DNA of 64,000 nucleotides from Hyaloraphidium curvatum SAG 235-1. Taxonomy: Eukaryota > Fungi > Monoblepharomycota. The notes beneath the pieces were generated by a model, which saw only the letters and a program-made list of their open reading frames with translations, ran no database searches and was not told the origin of the DNA. The stretch lies in the NCBI GenBank assembly GCA_025558095.1, contig JAIVFI010000043.1:186001-250000 (forward strand), given 5' to 3'. This document shows, in pieces, positions 14,857 through 26,400 of this stretch (positions are counted from its first letter, which is position 1; the number at the start of each line of letters is the position of its first letter). The position numbers and the translations under genes are program-made.

Positions 14857-15364
14857 ATGGTCCGCTTTAAGAACCGTTACCTCGTCATCGAGGTCGTGTT
14901 CCCCGACGGGCCCCACACCCTGCTGGACGTGCACGCCGGCACCGTGGCCAACGTCATTCGCGACAGTCTGGAGATGAATTTCGGAGAGTGGGGAGCTGCC
15001 ACGGCCGCGATGTCCCTTTCTGGTCGGTTCATGAGCCACGTTCCCTCGCGAGCCCCTGTTGACGACGCCGGGACTTCCAGTGAAGTACTACTCCGCCCAC
15101 ACCAACATCGGGATCGTTCGGGTCGCACGGGATCATTTCCGGCTTATTTGGGGCGCCCTCACGTTCATTACGAAGCTCAAGAACCGGGACTGCATCGTCC
15201 GGGTCATCCACGTCTCGGGGACGATCAAGAAAGCGCAACTGGCCACCATACGCTACGACAAACGGAAGATCGATGAAGCAAAGGCCATATTGGAAGCCCA
15301 GGGGGTCAACACTACAGAGGCAGCCGCCCGAGACGAGAGGGACATTCTTGCTACTGAGGTGTAG
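14857..15364 (+). CDS. POP5: RNase P/MRP subunit Pop5
   Basis: MVRFKNRYL, NFGEWG, VKYYSAHTNIGIVRVAR, VIHVSGTIKKAQ. One intron. Confidence 0.9.
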
Positions 15365-15434
15365 CATCTACCGGCCATGTCCCACTCGGAACATGCTACG
15401 GCGAATCGCCACCGCCGCCAACGGAAGCGAGCAT

Positions 15435-16234
15435 TCATAGGATGCTGCACCCGTTCTTCTTCTTGGTGCCGCTCTTGCCCTTCTGGTTCCCTCCTGCCAT
15501 CCTCTCTTTCCTGAGGATGGTGTTGGCAGGGGCACAGATTGGAGGGCAAAACCGAGCTCACCTATCCCGTATCATTCGCATGAGGGTCTGGTATGCCTCC
15601 TCGACGTTCTCCTTGGTCTTTGCTGACGTCTCGATGTACGTACAGTTCCATTCCCGGGCCTGGGGAGCGTTCGCAGACGTCAGCCACGCGCCATCGATGT
15701 AGACCGCAATCAATACTGGCCTTGGCTTCGCCTTCCCGGGCCGAAACTCTCCTCAAGTGGGCCAGGTCCGCCTTGTTGCCAACAAGAATGAACGGAATCG
15801 TCTCGTCGTCCAGCACCCGCGTTATCTGATCCCGGAATTCCTGTGTGTCGGACCGTGTCAAGTCAGACCCTTGGAGTTTCCCGGCAGACCAGTCTTCCCA
15901 CCTGCGTGTGGGCAAAGCTCTCGCCCTCGGTTATGCTGAACACACAGAAGAACCCCTCGCCCGATCGGTAGTAGTTGTCCCGAATGGCCGCGTACTCCTC
16001 TTGCCCGGCGGTGTCGAGAATGTCGATGAAGCACTCCTGGCCGTCCAAGACGACCTTCTTCCGGTACGAGTCCGCCTTTGTCGGGTCGTACTCCTCGATA
16101 AAGTCCCCGTACATGAACTGCAGAGTCAGCGCCGACTTTCCGACGCCGCCGGAGCCGACCATAATGATCTTATGCAGCGGAAGGGAGGAGGGTGGGGGCC
16201 GGCGGCCCCCGCCCCTGGAGCCCCCGGAGGCCAT
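15435..16234 (-). CDS. RAL: Ral-family small GTPase
   Basis: [23 protein letters not shown], Ral-type effector loop [38 protein letters not shown], CaaX CSIL. Confidence 0.9.
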
Positions 16235-16558
16235 GGCGGCGCGCGCGGTCGCGGGGCCGAGGCAGCAGGCGCGCCGTCACGTCCCAGTTACGGGCGTCGG
16301 CTGCCCGCAGGAAAGCGCGGAATGAACACGCGCAGTCAGGGTTTGGAGCCGGGTGACGACGCGTTGCGGAGTGCAGACGCGGCGTGATCGAGCCTGCGCT
16401 GCCGCAGGTGATCGGAAGGACCGCGAACAGTCGGCCTCCGCCCCCCGGCATTGCCTGGTTCGTTCTCTAAACCTTAGTGCATTCTTCTCGAGAGGAAGAA
16501 AAGAACCGGACGCGTTCGACGGAGCCAGCTCAGGTTCTCGGAACTGTCACTCCTCATC

Positions 16559-17398
16559 ATGGACCTGTCGGAGGAAGCTCTCGAGGAGGTTCAAGCGATT
16601 CGGTCGATCTATCCCGAATGGGTGGACGAAGAAACGGATCTTGGAACACTCGTGCTTCGACTGCCCGTCGCGGAGGCAGAAGAAGGTCCCCACGGATCCT
16701 TGCATCTCGAGATGCGGGTCTGCCTCCCACCTGAGTATCCTGCCTCGACCTGCCCGCTCTTTGAGCTAAGTGGATCAGCTCTGGACTTTTTGAGCCGAAC
16801 GCAAGTCGATGCGTTGGAGAACGATTTGCTGGCGTGCTACGCGGGATCCGTTTGTTGCTTTGAGATGATTGAGCTGGCCCGATCAGCGCTCAAAGACGTC
16901 TTTGCCGCTGGTGTGCAGCCGGCAGCTAAAGTGGCGGCCAGTGTACCGGCCGCCAGGGCTCCGAGCTCAGGGGATGCAGCTCCCCTCGCGGAAGCCACCC
17001 GGCACAAACTCTCCCTTCCCTGGGCGATCACCGAGCCGGTCAACGTTCAGAAGAGCACGTTCGTCGGCTACGCAACCAGTGTGCGGTCGGAAGGGGACGT
17101 TGAGAGAGCCATGGAGGATCTCATGGGGGACAAAGCCGTCGCCAGGGCGACGCACCGGATTCTGGCGTACCGCATTGTGTCCGACGGCCGCGTGCGCGAG
17201 GACCGGGATGACGACGGGGAGGTCGGTGCTGCCCGATTTCTTGCCTTCCTGCTAAGTCAGTCCCGTTGCGAGAACGTGCTGGTGGTTGTAGTTCGTTGGT
17301 ACGGCGGCGTGCACCTCGGACCGTTGCGCTTCCGGCTCATTCAGACTTGCGGAAGAGATGCGCTGGAGCGCCACGGTGCCATTCCGAAGAAGCAGTAG
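16559..17398 (+). CDS. YIH1: IMPACT/Yih1 (RWD + UPF0029 domains)
   Basis: EEVQAIRSIYP..LPPEYP (RWD); KSTFVG, ATHRILAYR, DDDGE..A, VVVVRWYGGVHLGP.RF. Intronless. Confidence 0.9.
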   Translation: MDLSEEALEEVQAIRSIYPEWVDEETDLGTLVLRLPVAEAEEGPHGSLHLEMRVCLPPEYPASTCPLFELSGSALDFLSRTQVDALENDLLACYAGSVCCFEMIELARSALKDVFAAGVQPAAKVAASVPAARAPSSGDAAPLAEATRHKLSLPWAITEPVNVQKSTFVGYATSVRSEGDVERAMEDLMGDKAVARATHRILAYRIVSDGRVREDRDDDGEVGAARFLAFLLSQSRCENVLVVVVRWYGGVHLGPLRFRLIQTCGRDALERHGAIPKKQ

Positions 17399-17437
17399 CT
17401 ATGTACATCATCACTGGTGTCTGAATCCACGAACTGC

Positions 17438-20087
17438 TCAAGCAAAACGCGTCAGGAATTCCCTGAACAGCTTGGTCTCCTCCTCCTTCGACACCAATCG
17501 GATCCGGCAGCCCTTCTCCAAGAAGAACTGGGGCGCGCGAGTCAGATAAGCAAAGAAACACAGAAAGGTACGCACCAAGCGTCCAAAAGCCCGCACGCGA
17601 AGGATCTCCTTGGGCTGCCGCGGGAGGAGCCGGTCCTGGATGTTCGTCCGGAGGAAGATGGTCACCAAGAAGCCTAACACTATTATGGGGGTTATCCAGA
17701 TGAAGTTGATGCGGTATATGTCCGGGTCATTTTTGCCGTACTCGGCGACCTGGAAAGTGGAAGGAGAGCTCAGGGGAAGCCATCGGCGCAAAAGTGGCCA
17801 GCTCACCGCCCGGTTCACGATGCTGTTGTAAACGATTGCGCCGACGACACCGCCGAGGGACCAGGTCGTAAGAATGATGCCGTGTGTCGCTCCCACGTTC
17901 TGGGCTCCGAACATGTCGGCACTGCGTGGCAGGGTGAGTTCGGAGTCCACCGTCACTCAACGGCCAGCGACCCACAGAAAAGCCGGAATGACGCCAAACC
18001 CAGTGCCATAGCAGAGAGAGATGGCGCAGATTGAAAGCACAAAGGCCCAGTAGACCTGGTTGTGGAAGATGGCGGGAAGGAAGCCGCAAAAGATCGCCTG
18101 CACAGCCAATGTGAAGAGAAAGATGGTTTTCCGACCCGTCGTATCAGAGGCAAGCGCAAGTACGATGCGACCGCTGAGGTTGAAGATGGACGCGATCGAG
18201 TTGATGATGACGGCCTCCTGTTGCGACTTGCTAAACTGGTTCTTGACCATATCTGGAGACGAGGGAAGGCGAAGTTAGACCAGCTGTCACAAGCCCACAT
18301 CCCTGTCACCTTGGAGTTTCGATATCGTCGTAAGACCCAGAATAGCGTTTGCGAACAGCCTGCGAGGTTCGTACCCAGGTGAGTCGGAAGGACCGATGCC
18401 AACCGGTCTCAAGTCAACTCACATGTAGTACATGATCCGGAACTCGGTGGAAGTGACGGCGTCGATCAATGTGTAGCCACGCAAGATGTCCTGCAGCTGC
18501 TTCCGTGCCAGCAAGTCCTCCTCGGTGTCCATTCGCTCCAGAATGGCCTTCTCCTCTTTCAAGGCACGCCGGGCAGTCTGCTCTGCGGTTAACCCCCTGG
18601 ATAGCGTCTCCGAAGAAGCATTGGCCACATCAGCTGAAGCCATGGCAGGCTGGATCGTAGCTGCCGCAGGGTCCAGCTTCGTGTCCGCCGAGGCCTGCGA
18701 GTCGCTGTCCGAATGGGTGCCTTGTGAGGCTGGATCGCCTAATGTCGCGAGTGCCAGTGCGGAGTTGTGGCCAGCAGCCGGAATCAGAGGGGTGACTGGC
18801 GTGTCCGCCGCCTCGGCCAAAGTCTTCCCGATTATCTTCTGGTTCTCCCATCTTGCTTCCCGGATCTGGCTCAGTGCCTCGGCCACGGTGTCCGTTCCGC
18901 GAATGGCTTTCTGGTAGATCTTGACGCCGCCGACCGTGAACCCCGGCGGCGGCACCCGCAGTAGCATGGCCATCGACATCATGATGACAAAGTAGGCACA
19001 CCCGAGGACGACGAAACAGAGCACGATCCCCACAGATCGGATCAGAGCGGCTTGATAGTACGGCGCGACGATTGCACCGGCGCCGAAACCGCATACGGCG
19101 ACGCCCGACGCGAGACCGCGGCGATCGGGAAACCACTTCTGAATCGGGCTGACGGGAGCGATGTAGGAGATGCCCAGGCCGCAGCCCCCAATGACGCCGT
19201 AGCCGACGTAAAGGAGGCCAATTTGCTTGAGCCAGATGGCCAGCGCCGCGAGGAGTTGGGCAGCAAAGTACATCCACGAGCCAAAGATGGCCGCAGTCCG
19301 CGGACCGGAGCGTTCCAGCCAGGGGCCGAGAATGGCCGCGGAGGGTCCAAAGGTGGCCACTGCAACGTAGAATGTGATGGGGGCGCGGCCGACGGTATCG
19401 TCCCCGAATATGTACTCGTCGACTGAAAGGGCGGGGTCAGCAGGTGACACAAATCAGGATGGGAGCGAAGGCGACTTACTGGCGGCATTGTAGCCGGACC
19501 AAGCGTCTACAGGTCGACGCAAAAGCGCAACTAAGCGTCAGGAGGGCACGGGAAAGACAGGAAAGGGACCCACAGAGAGAACCAACGCACAACTGCATGA
19601 CGAGCGCGGCGGGGAGCAACATCCACCTGCTGAACTTCACTTGGTAGACCTGATGGCCGTACCACGTGATTCCCCATCGGGGGATGATGAAGGACGGAGG
19701 GAAGCCGACCCAGCGGTCGGCCTCGATCTCCTCCATGGTGGGGTGCGAGTCCGGGATGGTGTAGTGCTCAATGATCTTCTCCTTGGTCTTTTGAGTCACG
19801 GCTTCAAAGCACCCTTTGGTTTCCGAGGCGAAAGAGTGGGAGGGCTGCAGTTCATCTGCGTCTGCGTCGACACCGTCTCCCGAACCCGCGCCGCCGTCTC
19901 CGTCCGGTTGCGGCGGGGATGGCAGCGATGGGGAGCTGGACGAGCTCGGGAGCATCGTCCACGGTCGTACGACGACCACAGTGTCTTTCGGCGCCTCCGC
20001 GGCCCAGTACGTCGACACGCTCTGGCGCCCGCCAGTGTTGCGCGCGGCCCGGGCCGCCGCGTCCGACGGCGACCCGGACGACGGCAT
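17438..20087 (-). CDS. MFS transporter, oxalate:formate antiporter (OFA)-like
   Basis: QLCVGSLYAWSGYN, GPWLERSGPR, KWFPDRRGLASGVAVCGFGAG, FNLSGRI..ASDTTGRK, ADMFGAQNVGATHG. Multiple introns. Confidence 0.85.
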
Positions 20088-20876
20088 GGCAGCGGCGCAA
20101 AGGGCCGGCCGGCAACGCCTCCCAAGTGCCGGCTTGCAGCTTGTGGGCGCCTTGGGAGATGGGGAGTGGCGCGAGTGAACCAGCGGGCGGGGTCATGCAC
20201 GTCCCAAGTCCGTCCTCGTAGGCACGTCCGCTCAAAGTGTAAGGCGAGGTCAATCGCAGATTACATGGTCTTCGTCTCTGGAGCACACTACCACAGCATT
20301 GCTTTCGCTCGGCAAGGACGGTTGCTCGATGCTTCCATGTACTGCCCGTGATCTGCATCTTCCGCCTAAGCTCGATCGGACGAATGGAGACCGCCCGCAG
20401 GGTACATCGGACAATCGAAACGACTCTAGAGAAGTCTCCTTGCTCATAGGATCATGTCAGCTTCGGTGCACAGGACTTCGGGGGTCGCGATCCGATCGCT
20501 GACTGCATCCGGCTTTTCCCACCCGAAGACTCCTGGTTCTGGAACTTTCCAAGTCGTTCTCTTCGCCAAATGCATCGTACGAGATGTGCGACCTCGGGGA
20601 GACGATGGCGTTGGCGTCAGCACGCCTTCCAATCCCTCCCCCCGCCAGCGCTCCGCGATCCGATTTCTGGTTGCATGCTTGCAGCCGGCGGTCTGCTCGC
20701 CAAGCCGGCAAATTGTTCCAGAACTCTTGCCCCTCTTGGACTTTCAGCACTAGCTGGTCCCCGCGCTCCGGTCACGCTCCGCCGGTGCGTCCTCCTGCTT
20801 TTGAAACCTCCCGGCCGAGCTGACGCGGGCTGTCTACCCGGACGACAGCCTACCTGTGCAACTAGGGCACTGCGCC

Positions 20877-21220
20877 ATGTCTTCCTCATCGAAAGTCACG
20901 GTCCACACCGTATATTGCGGCGCGTGAGGTAGAACTCCGCGCCTTCGCTGTCGCTGGTCCCGCGGACCCTGATCGTCGCTCCGCTAGGTTACGGGCGCCG
21001 ATACTCGGCCTTCGAGCGCGAGCTCAAGGCCGAGTTCGGCAGCAAGATCTCTATCACGTCGTTCTCGACCCCCACGGCGACCTCCAAGTTTGAAGTGACC
21101 GTCGGCGGCGTGCTGGTCCACTCGAAGATCGGCGGCGCAGGATTCGTCGACAACGAGAGCAAGCTTCAGCGCATCTTTGCTGCGATCGAAGCGGAGCTCG
21201 CCAAGGACAACAGCTCTTGA
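20877..21220 (+). CDS. SELENOW: Selenoprotein W (Rdx family), 94 aa, Sec at TGA 20925-20927; exons 20877-20928 and 20988-21220
   Basis: Spliced translation MSSSSKVTVHTVYCGAUGYGRRYSAFERELKAEFGSKISITSFSTPTATSKFEVTVGGVLVHSKIGGAGFVDNESKLQRIFAAIEAELAKDNSS is colinear with animal SelW (VVYCGAUGY..TPQATGFFEV..LIHSK..GYVD). GT-AG 59-nt intron; SECIS downstream. Confidence 0.93.
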
Positions 21221-21270
21221 AGCGATACTGTTGACCTCGGAGAGCTAGACTGAATCGGTGCCCGCTGCGA

Positions 21271-21336
21271 GATCTTCATGAAGGCTGTTCACGAAAGCGC
21301 GAGGCGCGGTGAGCTTGCCTGAACGCAAGGGAGATC
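21271..21336 (+). promoter_or_regulatory. Eukaryotic type II SECIS element in the SelW 3' UTR
   Basis: Helix I GAUCUUC/GGAGAUC. Core AUGAA (21278-82) opposite UGAA (21320-23). Helix II GGC-GUUCAC/GUGAGC-GCC. Unpaired AAA at 21294-96 and mini-stem GCGC-GAG-GCGC. Confidence 0.9.
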
Positions 21337-21394
21337 GTGGAAAGGCTCCGATTCAGTCGTGTCAATCAATCCATCATTAGAAGTTTGGAGTACA

Positions 21395-23231
21395 CTAGAG
21401 GATCTCCTCGACCATTCCAATACCTGGAGTCGGAGTCGGTTACTTCAAAGCAGCCAAAAGCGCACGCCTGTTCTCACCTTCGCTCTCGACGCCCTTCAGC
21501 AGAGGCTCATAGAATTCCGGCAGCATGGGGGCAAGAACGCCCTTGGCGTTGATGACACCTGCAAACAACCAGTCAGCCTGGCCCCGAACCCCACCCAACT
21601 GAATCTCCTCACCGTCGAGAATGAGCTGGGTAGCGATTCCACACGGCACACCGACAGTCTTGGCCATGGCCGTAACGCCGTTGGGCTCCCCGTACCAAAG
21701 ACCCGTGGAAGTCCGGGTCTGCCTGGCGCCGTCCTTGGTTTCGCACTCGAAACGATGTTGCAGGAACACCATGTCCCTCTCGCCGGGGCCGTACTGCATT
21801 TTGGCCTCCAAAGTGGCGCAGAGAGTGTCCAGCGGCGTGCCACGCGGGGTCGCGGGGTTGGCGGAGAAGAGGCCAAGCCACCGCAGCCCCGAAATGATCC
21901 GCTCCTTCTCGTAGCCCTCGAGCCCGGCCTTCTCAATGACTGCCTTCTCCAAATCCGCCTCCGAGTTTGTTGCGGTCCCAAGCACTTTCTGCATCACGTC
22001 GTTCTGGGCGGGCGGGTTGGAAGGCGTCCAGAAAGCACCGGCATCGAAGACCCTACCCAGGCGATCGACGATCCCTCCTTGAGGTAAGGCTCCTGCTTGT
22101 CGCTCAGCAGTCCCACGAGCACGAGGGCCTTGACAAACTTGGGGAATCCCTGGTGTTCGCGTCGTCAGCGATGTGGCTCAGGACCGCCACAAATCCACCC
22201 ACAGCGTACCGCAAGGTCCCGCGGATGATGGTCTGGGCCTCCTCGATGTTGTAGCGTTTGTCGTAGGGCGTCGAATCCCGGTTGGGGTAGCCCTCAAACG
22301 CGAAACCGGGGTACCCGGTGAAGATCGGCTTGGCCTCGTCCATCAGATCCTCGGACGAAATCTCCACAACCTTCCCGTCCTTCTTGTACTTGGCCGAATT
22401 CCGGAGGGCCAACAGCACGCCGCGGCTGGACCAGGAGAACTTGTACCCCAGGGGGTTGGCGCTGTCCTCCGGCGCGGGCAGGCCCCCGCAGTACGACGTG
22501 AAGTCCACGATCTTCCCGCCTTCGGCGTGGACCTCGGCAATAGTCTTCAGTGCGTAGAGGTGATCAATACCTGGGAAGCGGTTGAAGTTTATCAGATACT
22601 CGGATACCGCGCCCGAGTGCCGCGTACCGGGATCGACGCCGATCTCGTTGAAGACAGTGATCCCGGCCTCCTTGGCACTGGAAGACTTCCGATGAGCTGC
22701 AGTACACGTCGACAAGAGAGGAATGCCCACGCAGCGTCGAGTTCCATCATGGCGGGAGACACGTAGGAGGTGGTGACGACGTGCTTCTTGTGCTTGATCG
22801 CCGCCTTGATCACGGCCGCATGATGCGTGTAGGGAATCAAGCTGAGGCACGCAAATCGAATCCAGAGCCATCCAAAGACAATCCATTCGGTCCAACCTGA
22901 TGACGAGATCGTGCTTCCCGATTTCCTCGGCAATCGCATCGTCGTTGGTGACGTCCAGCGCAATGGCGGTTGCCCTGGGGTGTCCACCGGCGAGCTTCTG
23001 TCCATTCTCGATCCTCCGACTGGCTGTGGTTGTCTTTTGAGCTCTCGCTCGGCTAGTGGGAGCCGCTCGAGCTCACCGATTGTCAAGTGGTTCTCCGGCC
23101 TCCGCAGGAGATACTCGGCACACGGCCCTGCCACGAATCCCGATCCAAGAAGAAGAATCTTTCTAGATTTTAATGGACACGTCAATGCCAACGCTGTAGC
23201 GATGGCGTGCCGGCACGCACTTCTGCGCCAT
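21395..23231 (-). CDS. LYS9: Saccharopine dehydrogenase (NADP+, L-glutamate-forming)
   Basis: KKILLLGSGFVA, SLIPYTHH, VVTTSYVS, NEIGVDPGIDHLYA, SYCGGLPAPE..NPLGYKFSWSSRGVLLAL, YPNRDS, RGTLRY, AMAKTVGVPCG. Confidence 0.95.
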
Positions 23232-23431
23232 TGTTTTGTTTTCCGCGCGTTCGATCGAGTAGTGTTGCCCCAGGCCTCGGCTATCGACAGGCACTTTCCC
23301 ACAAATCTCAAACCCCCCGGACACCGGCAGTATCATGAGGAAATCGTCGTGGAGTGTATGAACAGCCGAAGAACTGATTGTACAGTATGCAGGGGTGTCC
23401 TGGTATCCGTTTGCGCGTGCCGCGCAACGCC

Positions 23432-26400
23432 TCAATCATCGTCCGAATCGCTGGCATCGAAGCTATCCTCGCTCTCGCTGTCGCCGGTCTCCATCGCAGC
23501 GTCGCTGTTCTTGTCAGCAACGCCCTCCGAGTCGTCGTCCTGTACCTTGTAGCTGATAACCTTGCGCGCCCTCGCCGGCCGGGCGGCAGGAGCGCCGGCC
23601 CCCGCTTCGTCCTCCTCTTCCTCGTCGTCGTCACTCTCAACCTTGCGCTTGGCCGGCGCTTTCGGCTTTCCGGCTCCCGCGCCCTGCTTCCCGGCCCCCG
23701 CCGCCGGCTTGACAGCCGCCGCCGCCGTCTTCTTGGGCGGAGCCGGCGCCTTGCCCGCCTTGGCAACGACCTTCTTGACCGGTTTCTCGTCCTCGTCCGA
23801 CGAAATCTCAAAAGCGTACGACGCCGGGGCCGCAGCTTTCTCGACCTTGGGCTTCGCAACCGGCACAGAGGGGGCGGCGAAAGGCGCCGGCGCGCTGCTG
23901 CCCTGCGCGCCCATGAGCCGCGTGATCTTGGAAGCGAAGGATTCCTTCTCGCTCTCGTCCTCGCTCTCGCTGGTCTCGATCGACTGTGACGGTAGGAGCA
24001 CCGTGGTCAAGACCAAAAGGCATCGGTGAAGCAGCGACTACCCACCTTGCGCTTCGCCGTGACGGCTGTTTGGGCGGGGACGGTGGTCAGTGCGAGCACG
24101 ACACCTCAAGATACGACCTACGTTTCGCGACGGGTTCCTCAATCGCGGGCACGGCTGCCGACTTGCCCTTCACAGGGTCCTTCGCCGCGACAGGCGGCTT
24201 CGCTGCCGGGGCAGCGAGCGCGGCCGGCTTCTTGGCCGCCGGGGGCCGCTGGACCGGCTTCTTCGCCACCTCGAACTCGTCGTCATCGTCGTCGTCGTCC
24301 TCAATGTCTTCGCTCATCTCATCGCTGTCCGACAGGCGCGACGTTTTCTTGGGCTTGCTGGGCTTCCCTAGCTTCTTGATCCCCTTGTTGTGCGGCATCT
24401 TCTTGGCCGAGGCAAGCGATGCTTCGGCGAGCTCCCGCTCCAGAGCCTGCAAAACTGCAATCAGCGCCCGTCAGGTGGCTCACAACGACAACCAACCTCG
24501 AACCGCTCGAGGAACACATCAAGATCGGTATTCCAGAGATCCTGCGGCGTCTTCCGCAGCAGAGCGTCGAGCTCCGCACGCTTCTCGTCGCGCTCCTTCG
24601 TGAGCTTCTGGACGTACTCGAGCGTCAGGTTCCAGATCGGCATGGACAGCAGGTAGTCGTAGCCGCGGGTGACCGACGCCTTGGCAGCGACGTTGCCTTC
24701 CGCGCCGTCCTCGTCCGAATCCTCGCCAGGCTCGGCCGGAGAAGCGGGGGCATCGGAGGCGCTCTGCTGGCCCTTGGCAAAGGGCACGTAGTCCCGTTTC
24801 TTGAGCTCCGCCAGGATGTCGACCTTCTTGCGATTCTGCACGACGAGCTTCCCCTGGATTATTTCCAGAACGAAGCGAAGCTGCGGGCGACGAGGTGAGC
24901 TGCCGAATTTAGCCACCTTCGATCCAGGTGCGCACCTTGTTGTCTAGCTTCGTCCAATCCTGGTTCAGGACGTCAAGGAGGTGATCCTGAATTACGGAAG
25001 GTTACGGCCAACGAAAGGCAAACGCCCCGGGTCAGGCCCTACCTTGCGCTTTTGGTAGTACGACAAGCGCAGGTGGTAAAAGTCCTCCAGGATCTCCTCC
25101 GGGGTGGCGTACTTGTGGATCCGGCCTTCCTTGTCGAAGCACACCATGTTGGACAACGACAAGGTGCTCGACAGCTTGAAGCGCTTCTCCAGCCCCTCTT
25201 CCTCGGCCTTGGCCATTTCCTCGGCGGAGAGGGTGATGATGAAGTGTACGTTCGTGTCTGGAACGGCAATCTGTCAGCAGACACCAGCGCGCTGGCTGGC
25301 GTTTTGCCCACCGGTGTGGTACTCCTTGTAGTCCTTGATCCAGGCCGGCGACTTTTCCGTGCCAGCCATCCACGTCTCCAGCTGCTCCTTGTACGACTGC
25401 GTCCAGACCTTTATCGGAAGTTCGGTGATCTCCACGGTCGTATCGTTGAGCTTGCGGATGATGCCGGTGACACGGTAGCGCTCCGCAGTCTCCATCTCGA
25501 TGGTGCCCTTGAAGCCGCGGTACCAGGGGTCCATGCGCTGCATGGGCTCATCGGCCATCAGATGGCGCAGGTTGCTGACGATTTCCCTCGGATCGTAGTT
25601 GGGAACGAAGGAGCTCCACCCGGTCCCGATGCCTTCCGACCCGTTCACCAGCACCATGGGAATCACCGGGACGTACCTGCAGGCGCGAACTCGGTTCAGC
25701 ACGCGAGAGGATGTCCAAAAGTGTGAAACCCCTACCATTCAGGCTCGATGCGCTGGCCATCGTCATCTAGGTATGCGAGCAAGGCGTCATCCGCCGAATG
25801 GAAGATCGAACGCGCAATCGCAGTCAGGTTGGTGAAGATGTAACGGGCGCTTGCGGCATCTTTCCCGCCCTGCGTTTCGCTTTAGGTTCGGTCTCGGCGA
25901 GGGAGCATGTTCCGGAGCTCACCTGCAATCTGGTGCCAAACTGACCGATCGGCTCCAGCAGGTTAATGTTGTTGCTACCGACAAAGTTCTGCGCGAGGCC
26001 GACAATCGTCGAGCCCAGACTGGCTTCGCCGTGGTGGTACGCGGAGTGCTCCGCCACGTAGCTGGCAAAGCAAAATGAGAAACAGAGCGCACAATGAAGC
26101 CCGCCACGCCACAACGAACCCGGCAAGCTGAGCGACCTTGATCTCCAACCGGAGGTTGCGCTTGAAGCATGCGAAGACGATCTTGCGGTGGCCCGGTTTC
26201 AAGCCATCCACGACCGAAGGAATGGAGCGGACGTTGTCCGCAACAGAGAACAGCACCAGCTCCTTGTTGATGAAGTCAGAGATCGGAATCTCCGGCGCGT
26301 CGTGGTCCATGTGAGTCCCGGGCTGAAACGAAGCCATTAGCAACGATCGCAACGAACGACGTGGCCGGAGCCCACTTTGAAACGCCGGAGCCAGTCTTTC

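Noticed and set aside
20100-20870. Possible extra gene between the MFS transporter and SelW
   Set aside because: Only short motif-less ORFs; treated as a divergent promoter/UTR region.
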